Shown: one piece after another, positions 1 through 14,900 of the stretch
Numbering within the stretch: the stretch's first letter is position 1
Layout: every line of letters begins with the position of its first letter
The notes under the pieces: generated by a model
What the model was told of the DNA's origin: nothing
Database searches by the model: none
What the model saw: the letters and a program-made list of their open reading frames with translations, nothing else
Translations under genes and position numbers: made by a program
Origin: Raillietiella orientalis
Lineage: Eukaryota
DNA length: 64,000 nucleotides
NCBI GenBank assembly: GCA_036172245.1
Contig: JAYWIR010000035.1
Span: 124,001 to 188,000 of the forward strand
Direction: 5' to 3'

Positions 1-712
<712 letters not shown>

Positions 713-2499
713 TTACTACCAAATTGTGAAAAATTTTAAAAAGTTAAACACTGGAATTTAAGAAACATTATTCCGCATGTGATTTTCCGCAACTTATGTG
801 CAAAATCTACTGCTGCTTATTTCCATTATATTCCCTAGCGACTAGTCATTTAACATCCACGCTTCCTTTCTTCTGTTTCCAGCTACTAACCTCAGAGGCA
901 ACCCAACAATTACACAGATAGTTTTTGATTCGCATAGCGTGCAAACGGCAATTATAATCATTACCAAGTACAATTTTAATTATGAATTTCTGTCAAATGA
1001 AAAACTAATAAGAACGCAGTGATCAAGATAAAAAGAAAAAAAAAATAACGTTGCAATAGAAAAATGATTTTATTGTATTGAATTTGAATAATAGACAGCT
1101 CGTGAGCTGAAAATATTAATGATTTTATTATTCTTTACTTGATCGTACTTATTGCACATTCAGGTTATCTTCCAAATGCGTCGAGTTCTTAACCAGTCAG
1201 ACAAAAAGCAAGAATTTCATAGACCAGCATATTATTCAAAAAATAAACATTCTTCAGTTCGTATTTCAACAATCCCGAAAGTTAGCTAGGTGAAAAGAAC
1301 TCCCTCCAAGAGTATGAGGAGAATTCATGGAGTCTCGTAAAGTTTTTTTCGTTAAGTATTCTATATTAAGAAAATGAAGACCGATATTTCCTTTGATTCG
1401 TTCCTTTCATCAATCTGTGAAAAACAGGAGTCACAAAAATAAGATTAGATTGTCTGAATGAATATATTTCCGGATCTCTCTTTAATTTCATACTTTTAGA
1501 GTTTTACGCTTTCTTTCTGAAATATCAAATATCACTTTGGCTTTTAAATGTTTCTGTGTCGTCCGTAACTTACTACAAACGATAAATTTCTATCTCCTTC
1601 CATACTGCTATTGTGTTTTTTTACAAGCTATTTTCTAAAAATTGTGGAAATAATCTTAAATCTGCTTGATTAATATAGCTTGATGCCAATTATTAAGTAA
1701 AAAAAATCCCATTTTTTTAATGGGAACATCATTGTTTTGTTGATGGTTATTTATGACTGTACTGTATTTCAGTAATTCAGTTCGAATTTATATTTCTAGA
1801 AAGCAAACTGCATAATGATTTTACTATAATGTGAAACATTAGCATACATCCAAGTTCATAATAACAATATAAAAGTACGTATAAAGTTTAAATATCCAAA
1901 AGCTTCTTTTATATGTTTCGGCCAGCTAGAAATGTCAAATGAACAACCTAAAAAGGATTCCGGAGTCCCTTATAATTTGTCATTTTAGATCTAGTAAAAC
2001 AAAAAATGCACTGATTATAAAATAGTGGAAGTTTGAGATACTCGTACTGTTGAGAAAACTGGTTTCAAAACCAGTAACTAGGTGATCACTTTTTATTTTC
2101 ACCAGGGTCATGAAACAAACATCATACAAGCTATCAAACGGATTGATATTGACGATAACTGTAAAATCCATTCTAAGGTATCACAATTTCGAACATTGTG
2201 CACCTTTTTTCGTTCAATGGAATGCAAAAAAAAATCATGCTGCTTGACTTCATGTAACATAAGATTCAAGGTTCATGCTGATTTTCAATAAAAGCAAGAG
2301 GGAGTCAGAGTTCAGAGCACTTAGTACATTCAGCCTTCAACAAGTGTTGAGGGATTTGGTATGATTGTATGGATCCATCTAAACTAATGTTATCCAGAAG
2401 GGGATTAAACGAGTTCCTTTTTAGAATTCTGAATTCCTGCTTTTGAAGTGCAGGAATGGTCCGAATTCTGCTAAGCCAATATGGGTGTTTTTCCAAAAA

Positions 2500-4232
2500 A
2501 GTCATAAACTTTATTGAGCGTTTGGGTTATCAAAATCACCATTGCTGGAATGGCTCTGCAGAATCTTTCGCGAATAATCTTTTCTCCGTGTTTCTCATTG
2601 TTCCTCGGTGCTCTCTTCCGGGGTGAGAGCATTGTCCAGATCATCTGGCTGGGCTGCATTTTTTCTTCTTATATGCGTTGCATAAATGCTGCTTTATAAG
2701 CGGATGCAGGTGGCCACCATCCGCTGCTATATCCTTATCAGCTTCTTTTTCGGAATTCCTATGTATTGTAGAACGTTGTCGTTTTCAGGGTCCCATGCTC
2801 CAAGTTGGCTGACAAGGATCGCCTGCACTTTAATTATTTTCCCAGTGTTTCCGAGTTGCATGGTGACATGCTTGTATCTCTGGCTTCCTTTATTTTCCTA
2901 GATGTGGTGAACGCCTCCTTTCCATTTTCAAATGGGCAGATGTCCAACACACACCTATTCGGTCGCTTTTCTCCAAACTAGGTCCGGTTTTAGAGTGGAG
3001 GTGGTTCCTGGCACTCTGCGATTACTCGATACCAGAGTCCACTTGGCTTCCTCTATTGCGGCCTTCTTGATGATTTCCAGGATAGCATCATGGCTCTGCG
3101 TCGTCAAAGGCGAGTGCTTTTTGCATCTATCGAGCACATGCGATAATGTTTCGTCCTCTGTTCCGCAACGCCGACATATCCTTTCATGAAACCTTCTTTG
3201 TTGGTCCAGCGTTTAGTGGCAGAAGCTTCAGTCTTGCCGCATGGATGAACCTGTGGTCTTGGTATCTTAGGTGGATTACGTTTGTCTGGAAGAAGCTTGA
3301 AAAGTGATGCATGGCCTTCCCTTGTCTAACGCGGTTTGCCATGCGTGTTCTCGCTGCAATGCTCTTACGCAGGAGGCGAGCCGTCTTCTTGCACTATTGG
3401 TGAAGAGTATTCCGTCCACCTTGATACTGGGTTCTCCTTGTCGAAACTCCCAGCGGGCTTCTATTTATCTAGAGGCCTCCCTGCCTTTCGACCAGAGGCT
3501 CTCAATATTCCATCCGGGCTTTGTGATCTTCTTGCCCGTCATGAATTCCCCGAGATTTTCATCTGTCGGGGCTTCTTGGATCCGTGTTTGGACGATTTCA
3601 TCCAGGGTTGTTCTTGCAATTTTGCTTACTGCTTTGTCTGATGACATGAGCAGTTTGAAGCAGCTGTCCACAATGAAGGTCATGGACTCTTGAGCCAGCT
3701 TCATTAGTCCCAGGCAGCCTTTCGTTCTCTCCGTACAGATACTCGTTAGCTGCCCAGGATGGTAGGTGAAGAGCCTTCTTTAACTTCTTTCTTACTTGCT
3801 CGTCGACATACTGCCATTCCTCCTTCCGGTGAGTTCCCAGCCTCTCGTAGTGAACTAGGCTGGGATAGAAGGTTTTCATTGCGTCTTTTCTGCCATCATG
3901 AGAGTTCACTCTCAAGTATGGCACTCTCCTTCTGGCAGATGTCTCCCTTAGTCGGTTGTATGTTGAAGACCTTCATACCAAAGGTTTTTTTTCCCCCCAG
4001 GTATTTGTATGCCTGTGATAAGGCAATACAAGGGATTTCCCTTCCTTAACCTGGATGTCCACATCCTTTATATGCCTTTGTGGGTTCGGCCGCTGTAGTA
4101 TATCGATGCGCATTTTGCCAGGTTGATGGATGGCCGGCCTGGTCGACTAACCTCTGGAAATGTGCCATCATTTCCTGGACTTTCTTTTCTTCCTCCCCAT
4201 TATGACGATGTCGTCGGCATAGGCTTGTTGCC
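2500..4232 (-). mobile_element. 5'-truncated, frameshifted non-LTR retrotransposon of RLE type, Utopia/NeSL-clade-like (RT C-terminal half, zinc knuckle, restriction-like endonuclease)
   Basis: Minus-strand motifs occur in the expected order: QAYADDIVI (about 4201-4227), INLAKC, YKYLG (about 3995-4010), LPSWAANEYLYG, CRRCGTEDETLSHVLDRC, SHDAIL, KPDLVW, ICPFENGKEAF, LGAWDPEND and MVATCIR*SSIYATHI. The ORF ends at about 2595 and AATAAA lies at 2510-2515. Several stops and frameshifts are present. Confidence 0.88.
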
Positions 4233-4940
4233 TCGAACTACGGAAGGGGGGTTACGCCCTATGAATCCAGGAAGGGCTCGGAGTCCGTTCCTCTCACGCT
4301 TGGGGAGGGATCCACCCGGGAGGGGGGGAGATGGCACCTCCCACCCTGGTTGTATCCGCCTTCATTCTCTCCGAAGGGACACCCCCTGGGAGGGGGTGCT
4401 CCTCTCCATTTCATCTTCTCCGGAGGGAACCCGCAAGGGAACCGCTCCTGTTCACTCCTCTGAAGAGAACCCCGAAGGGACGCTTCCGAAATTCAGAAGG
4501 GGTGCTGCAGCTTCCCACAGGGGGATTCCTTGTACTCTTCTGGAGAGGCGGCTATACTCGAGGGTCCCTCCTGCAACAGGGGGGGTCCGCTCCTTTAACA
4601 ACTGGAGAGATGCCTTAATGTACCTGCTCCATCTGAACGAACCGTAGGGGACCCCCCGGTGTGGAGGGTCCGCTTTCAGTTGCACGACCGGAGGGGGAAC
4701 TTCCCACTCCTTGATTCCTGGAAGGACCCGAAGGTCAACTCCCATTGTTCCGGCCTTCATCGGGAGGCCTCCAGTTTGAACCGCTACTGGTGCCACGCCC
4801 GAATGTCTCGGCCCACCAGCGCCATCTTGCAGGAGAAACTCGGAACCCAACGGCGCAGTGGCGTCAGTTTCTGTCGGAGTATTCGAACCCGCGACGCATG
4901 GTGCTACGCGCGGAAGCCTTAACCACAAAGCCTCCCACGC
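4233..4940 (-). mobile_element. tRNA-headed SINE-like element, copy 1
   Basis: The minus strand starts with an A-box-like GGCTTTGTGGTTAAGG and a B-box GGTTCGAATAC (4879-4889). The body is colinear with 34921-35637 and 54455-55082 and shares blocks such as gaagagaaccccgaagggacgcttccgaa and tccaggaagggctc..ggagtccgttcctctcacgcttgg. Confidence 0.8.
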
Positions 4941-7304
4941 GGGAAAATAGCTATGGAGTGTATGCTACATTGCAAAAACTTATTAAGAATAGCGCGCTAA
5001 CAGCATACATTTTTCGGCAAAACGAAAAGCTAAGCTAATGTTGCATACGAGTGTCTTCGTCTCTCAAAACCAATCGGTACTATTATTACTTAAGTTCTAA
5101 CTCAACAACGAATATTTACGATAATTCAACAGACATAGAATTCTCAGTTCCATTCTCAGTTTACTAACATATACTACTTGTTGGTTACAGGAAATCTAGT
5201 GACTGCTTTCGAAGAATTGTACTGATAGCTGCTTACATTTGAAGAAAAAAAAAAAAAAACTATTCGATTGATTGGGGAGTATGAGAACTACTCATTCGAT
5301 GTCTTCGAAGCACGCTCACGTTTACATCAGGTTTAAATCGCGTTGTTTTGTACTGCAATGAAATCATAAATGTAGGCTTGCCTTTGAGCCTACCGCCACT
5401 TGGTTTCGACGCTCTGTGCACCTCTCTGTAGGTAGACGTAAACCAAAAATGAATTCACAATTTGTGCATCGGAAATGTAGGGTGCTGAATTCGAAAGAAA
5501 AAAAATCTCCGTGAACTATTCAGAATGGGTACGTACTTCGCACACAAGGGAAAGAAACCGCTGAGGCTTGGTATGATTACAACAAACAAAAGAAAAATTA
5601 GTAATTCAGTTACTAATACAAACTATCAAAGAGTTTATGTGAGAAACCTGGTATTTTGGAGGGCATCCTATTTAGTAGCTCCTTAATCTGTTGATGCATC
5701 TACGCTGTTTCAAGTTGCCATTCTGTAATCACAAAGGAAAATCGATTCCTTCGGTTACAGAGACTGAAAGAAAAATATGCATGCTACTGGGCAGGAGATT
5801 CGTTTCAGAATAATCCAAATAGTCCACGAGTCATCCTCGAATCTGATTGGTTAATCACTTTTTAGAGTTAAAGAAAGTATCCATACAGTATGCATGTCTT
5901 TTGGGAACAGTTTTTGTTAAAGGTTCTTCGTGTGGATTCTAAAGTGAATTACTCTAAATCGGCACGTAGCTTTGAAATGTATATGCTTGGAACAATTTCA
6001 ATGCCGAAAAATGGGACAGTTCTTTATTCTCAACTCTGTTTGTTTTGAGCAGTGGTCGTTCACAGAAGCAAGAGGAAAAGGGAAACTTTCGAGGCGAATG
6101 AATCGACTATTTTAAGTACCATTAATAAAAGGAACGAGATCAGTGAACTGTTAACCTATTTTTCTGAGATCTAAACTAGTGCAAGTTATCAGAAAAGTGT
6201 CTACTTCGAATAATTCCACTGTGCTCGAAAGAGTGCCTTTTAAGTTTAATGTATGTATGTAAATATAAATTTATCAGATTTACATTTCTGACTGAGATCC
6301 AGAATGAAATTATCGACCATATAGATCTCAGAATACGAACCTTTTAATTGAGAAATTCAGCATTGATACATTTCCAAAGAACGATTCCTGTGATATATGT
6401 GTCAGGAGAAATAAGCCTTGAAGCTACTGAGAATATAATGTGATGAATACTAGATGGGCTGAAGCTAACACATGGAACCAAAGTTGAATTTAGAAAACCC
6501 AACTTCGTGTAATGGAATTAGAAAAACTAATATCAATTGCTCGTTGAAATGAATGCCGAATTTAACATGTGCAGATGTGCCGTGGAGTGTCTCATCGACA
6601 TTCGGAATCACAAGAAAAAAGGCACTCCACAGTTTTAGCACCTATTTTCGTTTGGCGAGTACATTTTCAGCAACGCCGATGCCACAACTTGCAGCAATCT
6701 AGAACTCTTTAAAAAGTTATTTTGGTGCACTTTATAATACACTTCTTCTTTTTTGGCACCATTTTGCAGACATGTTTTGGTCTCTCAAACTCAAAAATTG
6801 TTCAATACGAAGGTGTTTCTGTACAAAATTTTTGAAAGATACTCTCTAATTTGCTTCGAACTGAAAACAAGAGGCTTTAACCCTCAACACAGAAAATAAT
6901 AGCCTACGGATTGTAAATGACATGTCAGTTTTAGACAGATCGCAATGCGTGAAGTTGCGATGAATCAATCTTTGCTTTTCGAAAACTACACAAATAATCA
7001 CTTCAGTGTCTCAAACCTTGCGTTCGATTTGCGCACGTCAGCTGTTGTAGAAGAAATCACTCTCATGGAGGGGCGGCTCTTGAAAAAACAGAAACACCTG
7101 GGAATGCTGCACTGCAAGGCACCATTTCAACGGAGGTGCCTCCCTTCTGCGTGATCCTCGGCATGCCACGTTCTTTCACGAAGAACCGGTCGATGAAATG
7201 ATATATATTTCTTTTCAATAGTCTCCCATATCCATTAGGCTCATCCTATCTAGTTTCGTAAATGCTTTTCGTCACTTTCACATTGTGGCTGCATTTGCAC
7301 TTGG

Positions 7305-7305
<1 letters not shown>

Positions 7306-7332
<27 letters not shown>
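7306..7332 (+). repeat. poly(A) tract (about 27 nt)
   Basis: Seen directly. It is preceded by cttggt, as is the tract at 24643. Confidence 0.9.
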
Positions 7333-7335
<3 letters not shown>

Positions 7336-9280
7336 GGGCAGCAGCATCCCCCTTTATGGTAGTTTATGCCACTGCTGTAACGATGGGAGGTCCAGTCAAA
7401 GTACAGTCACTAAAGAACAAACTATCGCGTGATAGTAAATTTGTCCTGAACGTAATGCAAAATTCGAGAAGAGCAGTGCCCGGAGGATGCCCCTTTAACC
7501 TTCGTGTTCTTCCTGTAGAATCGAAATTTGAGTCGGAAGTTTGACCGAAGAAAGGCCACATTTGTTTAAGGGAAGTGGGAAAATGCCCTCTAGGCAACAT
7601 GAAAGGGATTCGGATATCGCATGCATAGATTTAAACTGTCCCTTTCTTTTTTGGCGAAGATTTTGCTTAACGTATTTCGAATCGTAACCAACCGTAAGAC
7701 GCACCTTAACGACGTGCAAGATGCGGACCTTAGCATCTCGGCAGTCATTACAATATCCGTGAGAGGTACGGTTTGCTGCTGCATCCGAGATGGCTTTTCC
7801 AAAACATACATTGAAGTCTTACGAAATAGTATAAGACTTTTACGCTGCACCGGGCATATTTTGCCATCCGATTACAAATGCCAACGAGGAACGGAATGCG
7901 TTCCTTCTAATCACTTTTTTGCAGAGTTTGTTTGATACAATGTTTAAACACTGGATAAAAGAGGGGGGTTTTTTATGGAGCTTTACCGTATGGGGTGATA
8001 AACTGATAAACAGCAATTTGTGAATTCGATAATCATCAAAGACCTGTGCAAATAGAGTTTGCGCAACCGAATGCAAATATCCATAGTAATAGGTTTCAGT
8101 AGACTGGTGACTCAGTCGATGAATTGTGGCAATTTACAAACAACTAGATTTTACGATGCATTCCAAAACTCTGATGGTTACTGAGTATCTCACTAAAGTT
8201 GGTAACCGCAGGGAATACAAGGAGAAAAGCAAAGGCTGATGATATCAGTTACAACATGTGACTTGATTTAGGAATGAATTCAGTTTGCGATTCCTAGATT
8301 ACGAAATCCTGTAATTAGCCAGGGAAATTATAATCACTTTTTGTCTTAAGTGTTAATTTGTAAGTGCCTTCATTCGCATCAACCAATTTTCTAGGCACAC
8401 TGAACTCTACATACAAAGCATCACCACATATGTATTTAATAAAACGGAATCAAATCTTTCCATAAGTCTCAGCATATCGGAACTTGTGCTTACTAGCATT
8501 GCAGGGATGGAAAATTCATGGCCATGTTATATCATGACAGGATATCCTTTTTGAGCTTTACAATTAATTTGAAGTAATGGTCAGACTGGCTAACAACAGA
8601 TTTTATCCATATTAATCATTCTTAACATACCAAGTACCAATACATTTAAGCCATGGTTTTCCATTTGTCTGTACTACACAGAAATAAAAACTGGGAACAA
8701 TAAGATTTGTTGACATGAATGCACCGGTAAAAGAACATGCTAATGGTCTCAGAATGTTAGAGAGCATCAACTATATTACAAGCATCATTGGTATAGAAAT
8801 TGGTGCACAATGCAAAAAAGCTGTATTTTCTTAACTTATATTTTTTCAAGGAAGTTATTAAAATGCTAGGACATGAGCGAACTTCTCTGTGAAATATTAA
8901 CATGTACAATAGTTGATTCTTCGAACTGCAATTTCTCAATACAGAATCAATTATGGATAGTGTACTGTATTCTTTTTACTAAATTGAGAAACTCATGAGA
9001 ACTCCATCTATCTATGTCTACCTGTTAATTGGGATTACTTAAGCTTTACAAAATTTCTATTATGGACAATCAACATTGACATGTCTAGTCACATCTATCA
9101 TACAAAATTTTTGCTCCCAAGTTCCAAAACTTTTATTCATGTCAGGTATATACAGTTGACAGATAATTTATTCGTGCATACTCTTCATGCATGGTATAAT
9201 ACAATAGCTAATATATGACTCACTTTTAAAGGATGCCCAATTCAGTTTGAGATCACAAACATAAAAATATAAAATAAAGC

Positions 9281-9286
9281 TTTATT
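9281..9286 (-). terminator. Candidate polyadenylation signal of RUNDC1
   Basis: AATAAA on the minus strand, about 240 nt downstream of the RUNDC1 stop codon. Confidence 0.45.
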
Positions 9287-9524
9287 GTCTGTTAATAAAT
9301 AAATATGAGAGAACATTAGATTGATTAATGTAGAGAGCTATTTGTGCTCTTGGACTAGCATACTGACATATTAGAAACCACTACACTTCTTAAAACTATG
9401 ACATCTAGAAGCAGCAGCAAAAATGTTAGAAATATAATTTGAATTAGTATGTTAAAATACAGACATAGGTTAACTAGAGTGGCCAACTGTTGGTTATCCC
9501 AACATCCCAGAAACAGAAAGGAGT

Positions 9525-11964
<2,440 letters not shown>

Positions 11965-14900
11965 GTGGTTTGAAATAAGATCAGTTTTCAGATATCCTAG
12001 AGCCATGAAGCACATATTCCATAACAGCAGATAAGTGTAACAGTCTTGTCATATTCATAATTCGTTGGCTATCATTTTAAAGCTATTTTAGTATGTCTAA
12101 GTTTACTACATTCAATGACAAGTGTATCTAAATTGGATATGGAAATCCAAGATGGATGTATACTTTAATCGACTTCACTTAATAAAACAACTTTTGACCT
12201 AGTGTTTATTAATACCATTACCTCTGATGAAAAACTACCTGGAATAACAAGGAAAAAATAATTTTGAGGAAAATTTCACCCAATGATTTTATAGAAAAGG
12301 AAATTTCGGGAAAACGCATTCTACTTTCATTACAAACTTCCGATCCTCTGACATAGCATCACTTGTCAAACGTGGCTACAGACAACGTTTTAAAAATTAA
12401 AGTTTCGTTTCCAGAAAATTTCTATCTCTAGACAATAATTTTACCTAAGATGTCAGGAGTCATTCATTCGTAGCAGCAAATTACTTATTACATATATCAT
12501 GTTCGGTGTCCACTCAAAATGTTTCTTTTGGGCAACATCATTTTTGGAATCAAGGTAACACAATCAATAGGACCTACTTATGATGGGCATGCTTAGTGAA
12601 ACAATAATCTGCAGAAACATTCACTTCAACGTACACACCGCTTCAATCCTCAGAAATATAAGTGCATACTTTTTAAATAAACTGAACTCTCACGATTCGG
12701 CTTTAAGAGATCAGCATTCCAGCTGAAGGCAACGCACAGTTGGCACCATATGTTGCAATTAACGGAGAATTCCTCAGCACAACAGGTGGTCCTGCGTCAT
12801 ACAGCCGTAAGCCATACAGCATTTTTGCCCGTGGGACTGCTGCACTCGTCAATCGTGCACCCGTAACATGTCAATAGGACTTTGGATTTCTACCAAATTT
12901 CATGGCAACTCGAAAGGGAGAGGAAAAAAAAAGAAAAAAGAAACAACTATTTCCCAGGAAAATGAAATGCAAACATGGCAACACTTGCAAATAGGCAGAA
13001 TTTGCCATCGTGTGACCATCAGAAAGGCTTTACTAAAACTGCCCTTTAACCGAGAACGCTGACTTAGCTCCAAGTAGATGACTTTATTTGAGAGCAATTT
13101 TTGGACGTGAAAATGAAATTTTATATGGTTTTGGTCGTAAGACTTTGTGAACATGCGAAACGATCATTGACACGAAGTACTAGGCCTTTACCCGTAACAC
13201 CATGAATACAAGTTTACAATTAGTTAGTTTCATAAGAATGCTTGACTTACCATTTGTGAAATCCCCACATGTACAAACGACTTTTATCACAAAACTTCAA
13301 TTTTGCAGGGATTCTACGTCAGGCTTAATCTAAACATTTAAATTGGACAGACAATTCAAAATTCAGTCTTTTCCTTCCAAATAAATTAACAAACAGATGA
13401 ACAAATGAATAGAGCACAACCAATGTCTCCTGTGTCTTCAATAATTTACAAGTAATTTCTATAGATTATACTGCTTCTAGATTATGCCCCAATATGTGTT
13501 CAGATATGCTCTGTTCTGAATTTTCTCATTATACAGGAAAAGGAAACGATCCTTTTTCCAGAAAGAGGAAGCAGACGAAGTCTTTTGGAAATCTTGAAAT
13601 TCTACTAGCACTACATCTAGGTCCAATTGGGAATTCAGATTTCTCCGATTTCTCCGTACTTAATGCAAACGGAAGCTACTAATGAAACGAATAATTTCGT
13701 AATTTTTCACTAGCACTGTATTTTTTTTTTTGAACTACAATTTTCTGATGAAATATCAAGAGTATTCGTTAGAACCAGCAACTGCATAGGAATTGTGATT
13801 CATATTATCAACATTAAGAATGAAGCAACATCGCCTTCAAGAAATGGAAATATAGTGAATCCTTTCACTTCTTTAAAAAGTCTCCCTTGATTTAGCCTTC
13901 AAATAGAAATGATCTCAAGAATTATCTTCGAAAAAGTAGAAGAGTTTAATAATTATAATAGTTTAAGATGTTCACCGCTTTTGATTTTCATATGTTGCAA
14001 ATATCTGCAAGGATATAAAAGTTTGCTTACATTATCTACAAAGAAGATAAAGGGAAGGGAAGGCAATAGGTTTAAAATTGCAGGACTTATAACCATCACA
14101 CCAAGGGACTGACATCACTTTGACACAGATGAATCCAGTAGATCAAAGTAAGCAGATGGGAACAGCACCATTCGCAGAAATTTCGATGCTCAACAGGAAC
14201 GAGGAATTTGACAGAATATTTACGAAAATACGTAGGACAATGAAGTGATGGCTGGAAACTTCACTTTTCTGGAAAAGTATGATATCAGCTACCGTCAGAA
14301 CGCTGAAATAAGGAGTTACTTTTACTGAAAATCATCAAATGCTTAGATTCCGTCATATCAAGCACTTTAATTCAAAAAGCAAACTCAATCTCATTCTATA
14401 ATTTCTTGTGATATCACAATCTATTTCTCATTCAAAGTAAGTGGAAAACAGTGATAAGATACAGATGCGAAGTTTCACACAGCTTTTAATATTTGTTTTC
14501 CTTAAGGTCACTTTTTGACGACATGGCTAGTTACGTCATGGTGGAATTACATGATGATTACATTTGATGTCACAACACCATCCATAAAGCTAACTTTTCT
14601 CAATCGTTAAAAAGATAAACAATTTTGGAGCATTTTTTACACTTTGGAGGTAATTTGTCTTGTGTTTATCTACAATGGTCTTATCTCTGTTATAGAAATC
14701 GTTAAAAAGATTTTTCATCGATCCAAAACAATTATTTTTAAAAATTCCTAGGCATGATCTTAGTTTTATGCAAAATAGCCATCCGATAACCAATAAGAGT
14801 CTCTCGTCTGACACACTCAAAACATCCAAAGTTCCTTGGCAAAGGTAGCATTTTTAATAAAAGATAAAAGGTAGATGACAAACATCGATTTGCATTTTAG

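Noticed and set aside
2305..2505. 66-aa ORF as a continuation of the retrotransposon
   Set aside because: It lies beyond the element's stop codon and AATAAA and has no motif.
4460..4492. Hammerhead ribozyme-like CTGAAGAG...CGAAA in SINE copy 1
   Set aside because: Stem II is out of register, copies 2 and 3 lack CTGA or GAAA, and it lies antisense to the tRNA head.
4960..5048. Imperfect 12-bp inverted repeat (MITE-like)
   Set aside because: Short, one mismatch, no TSD and no second copy.
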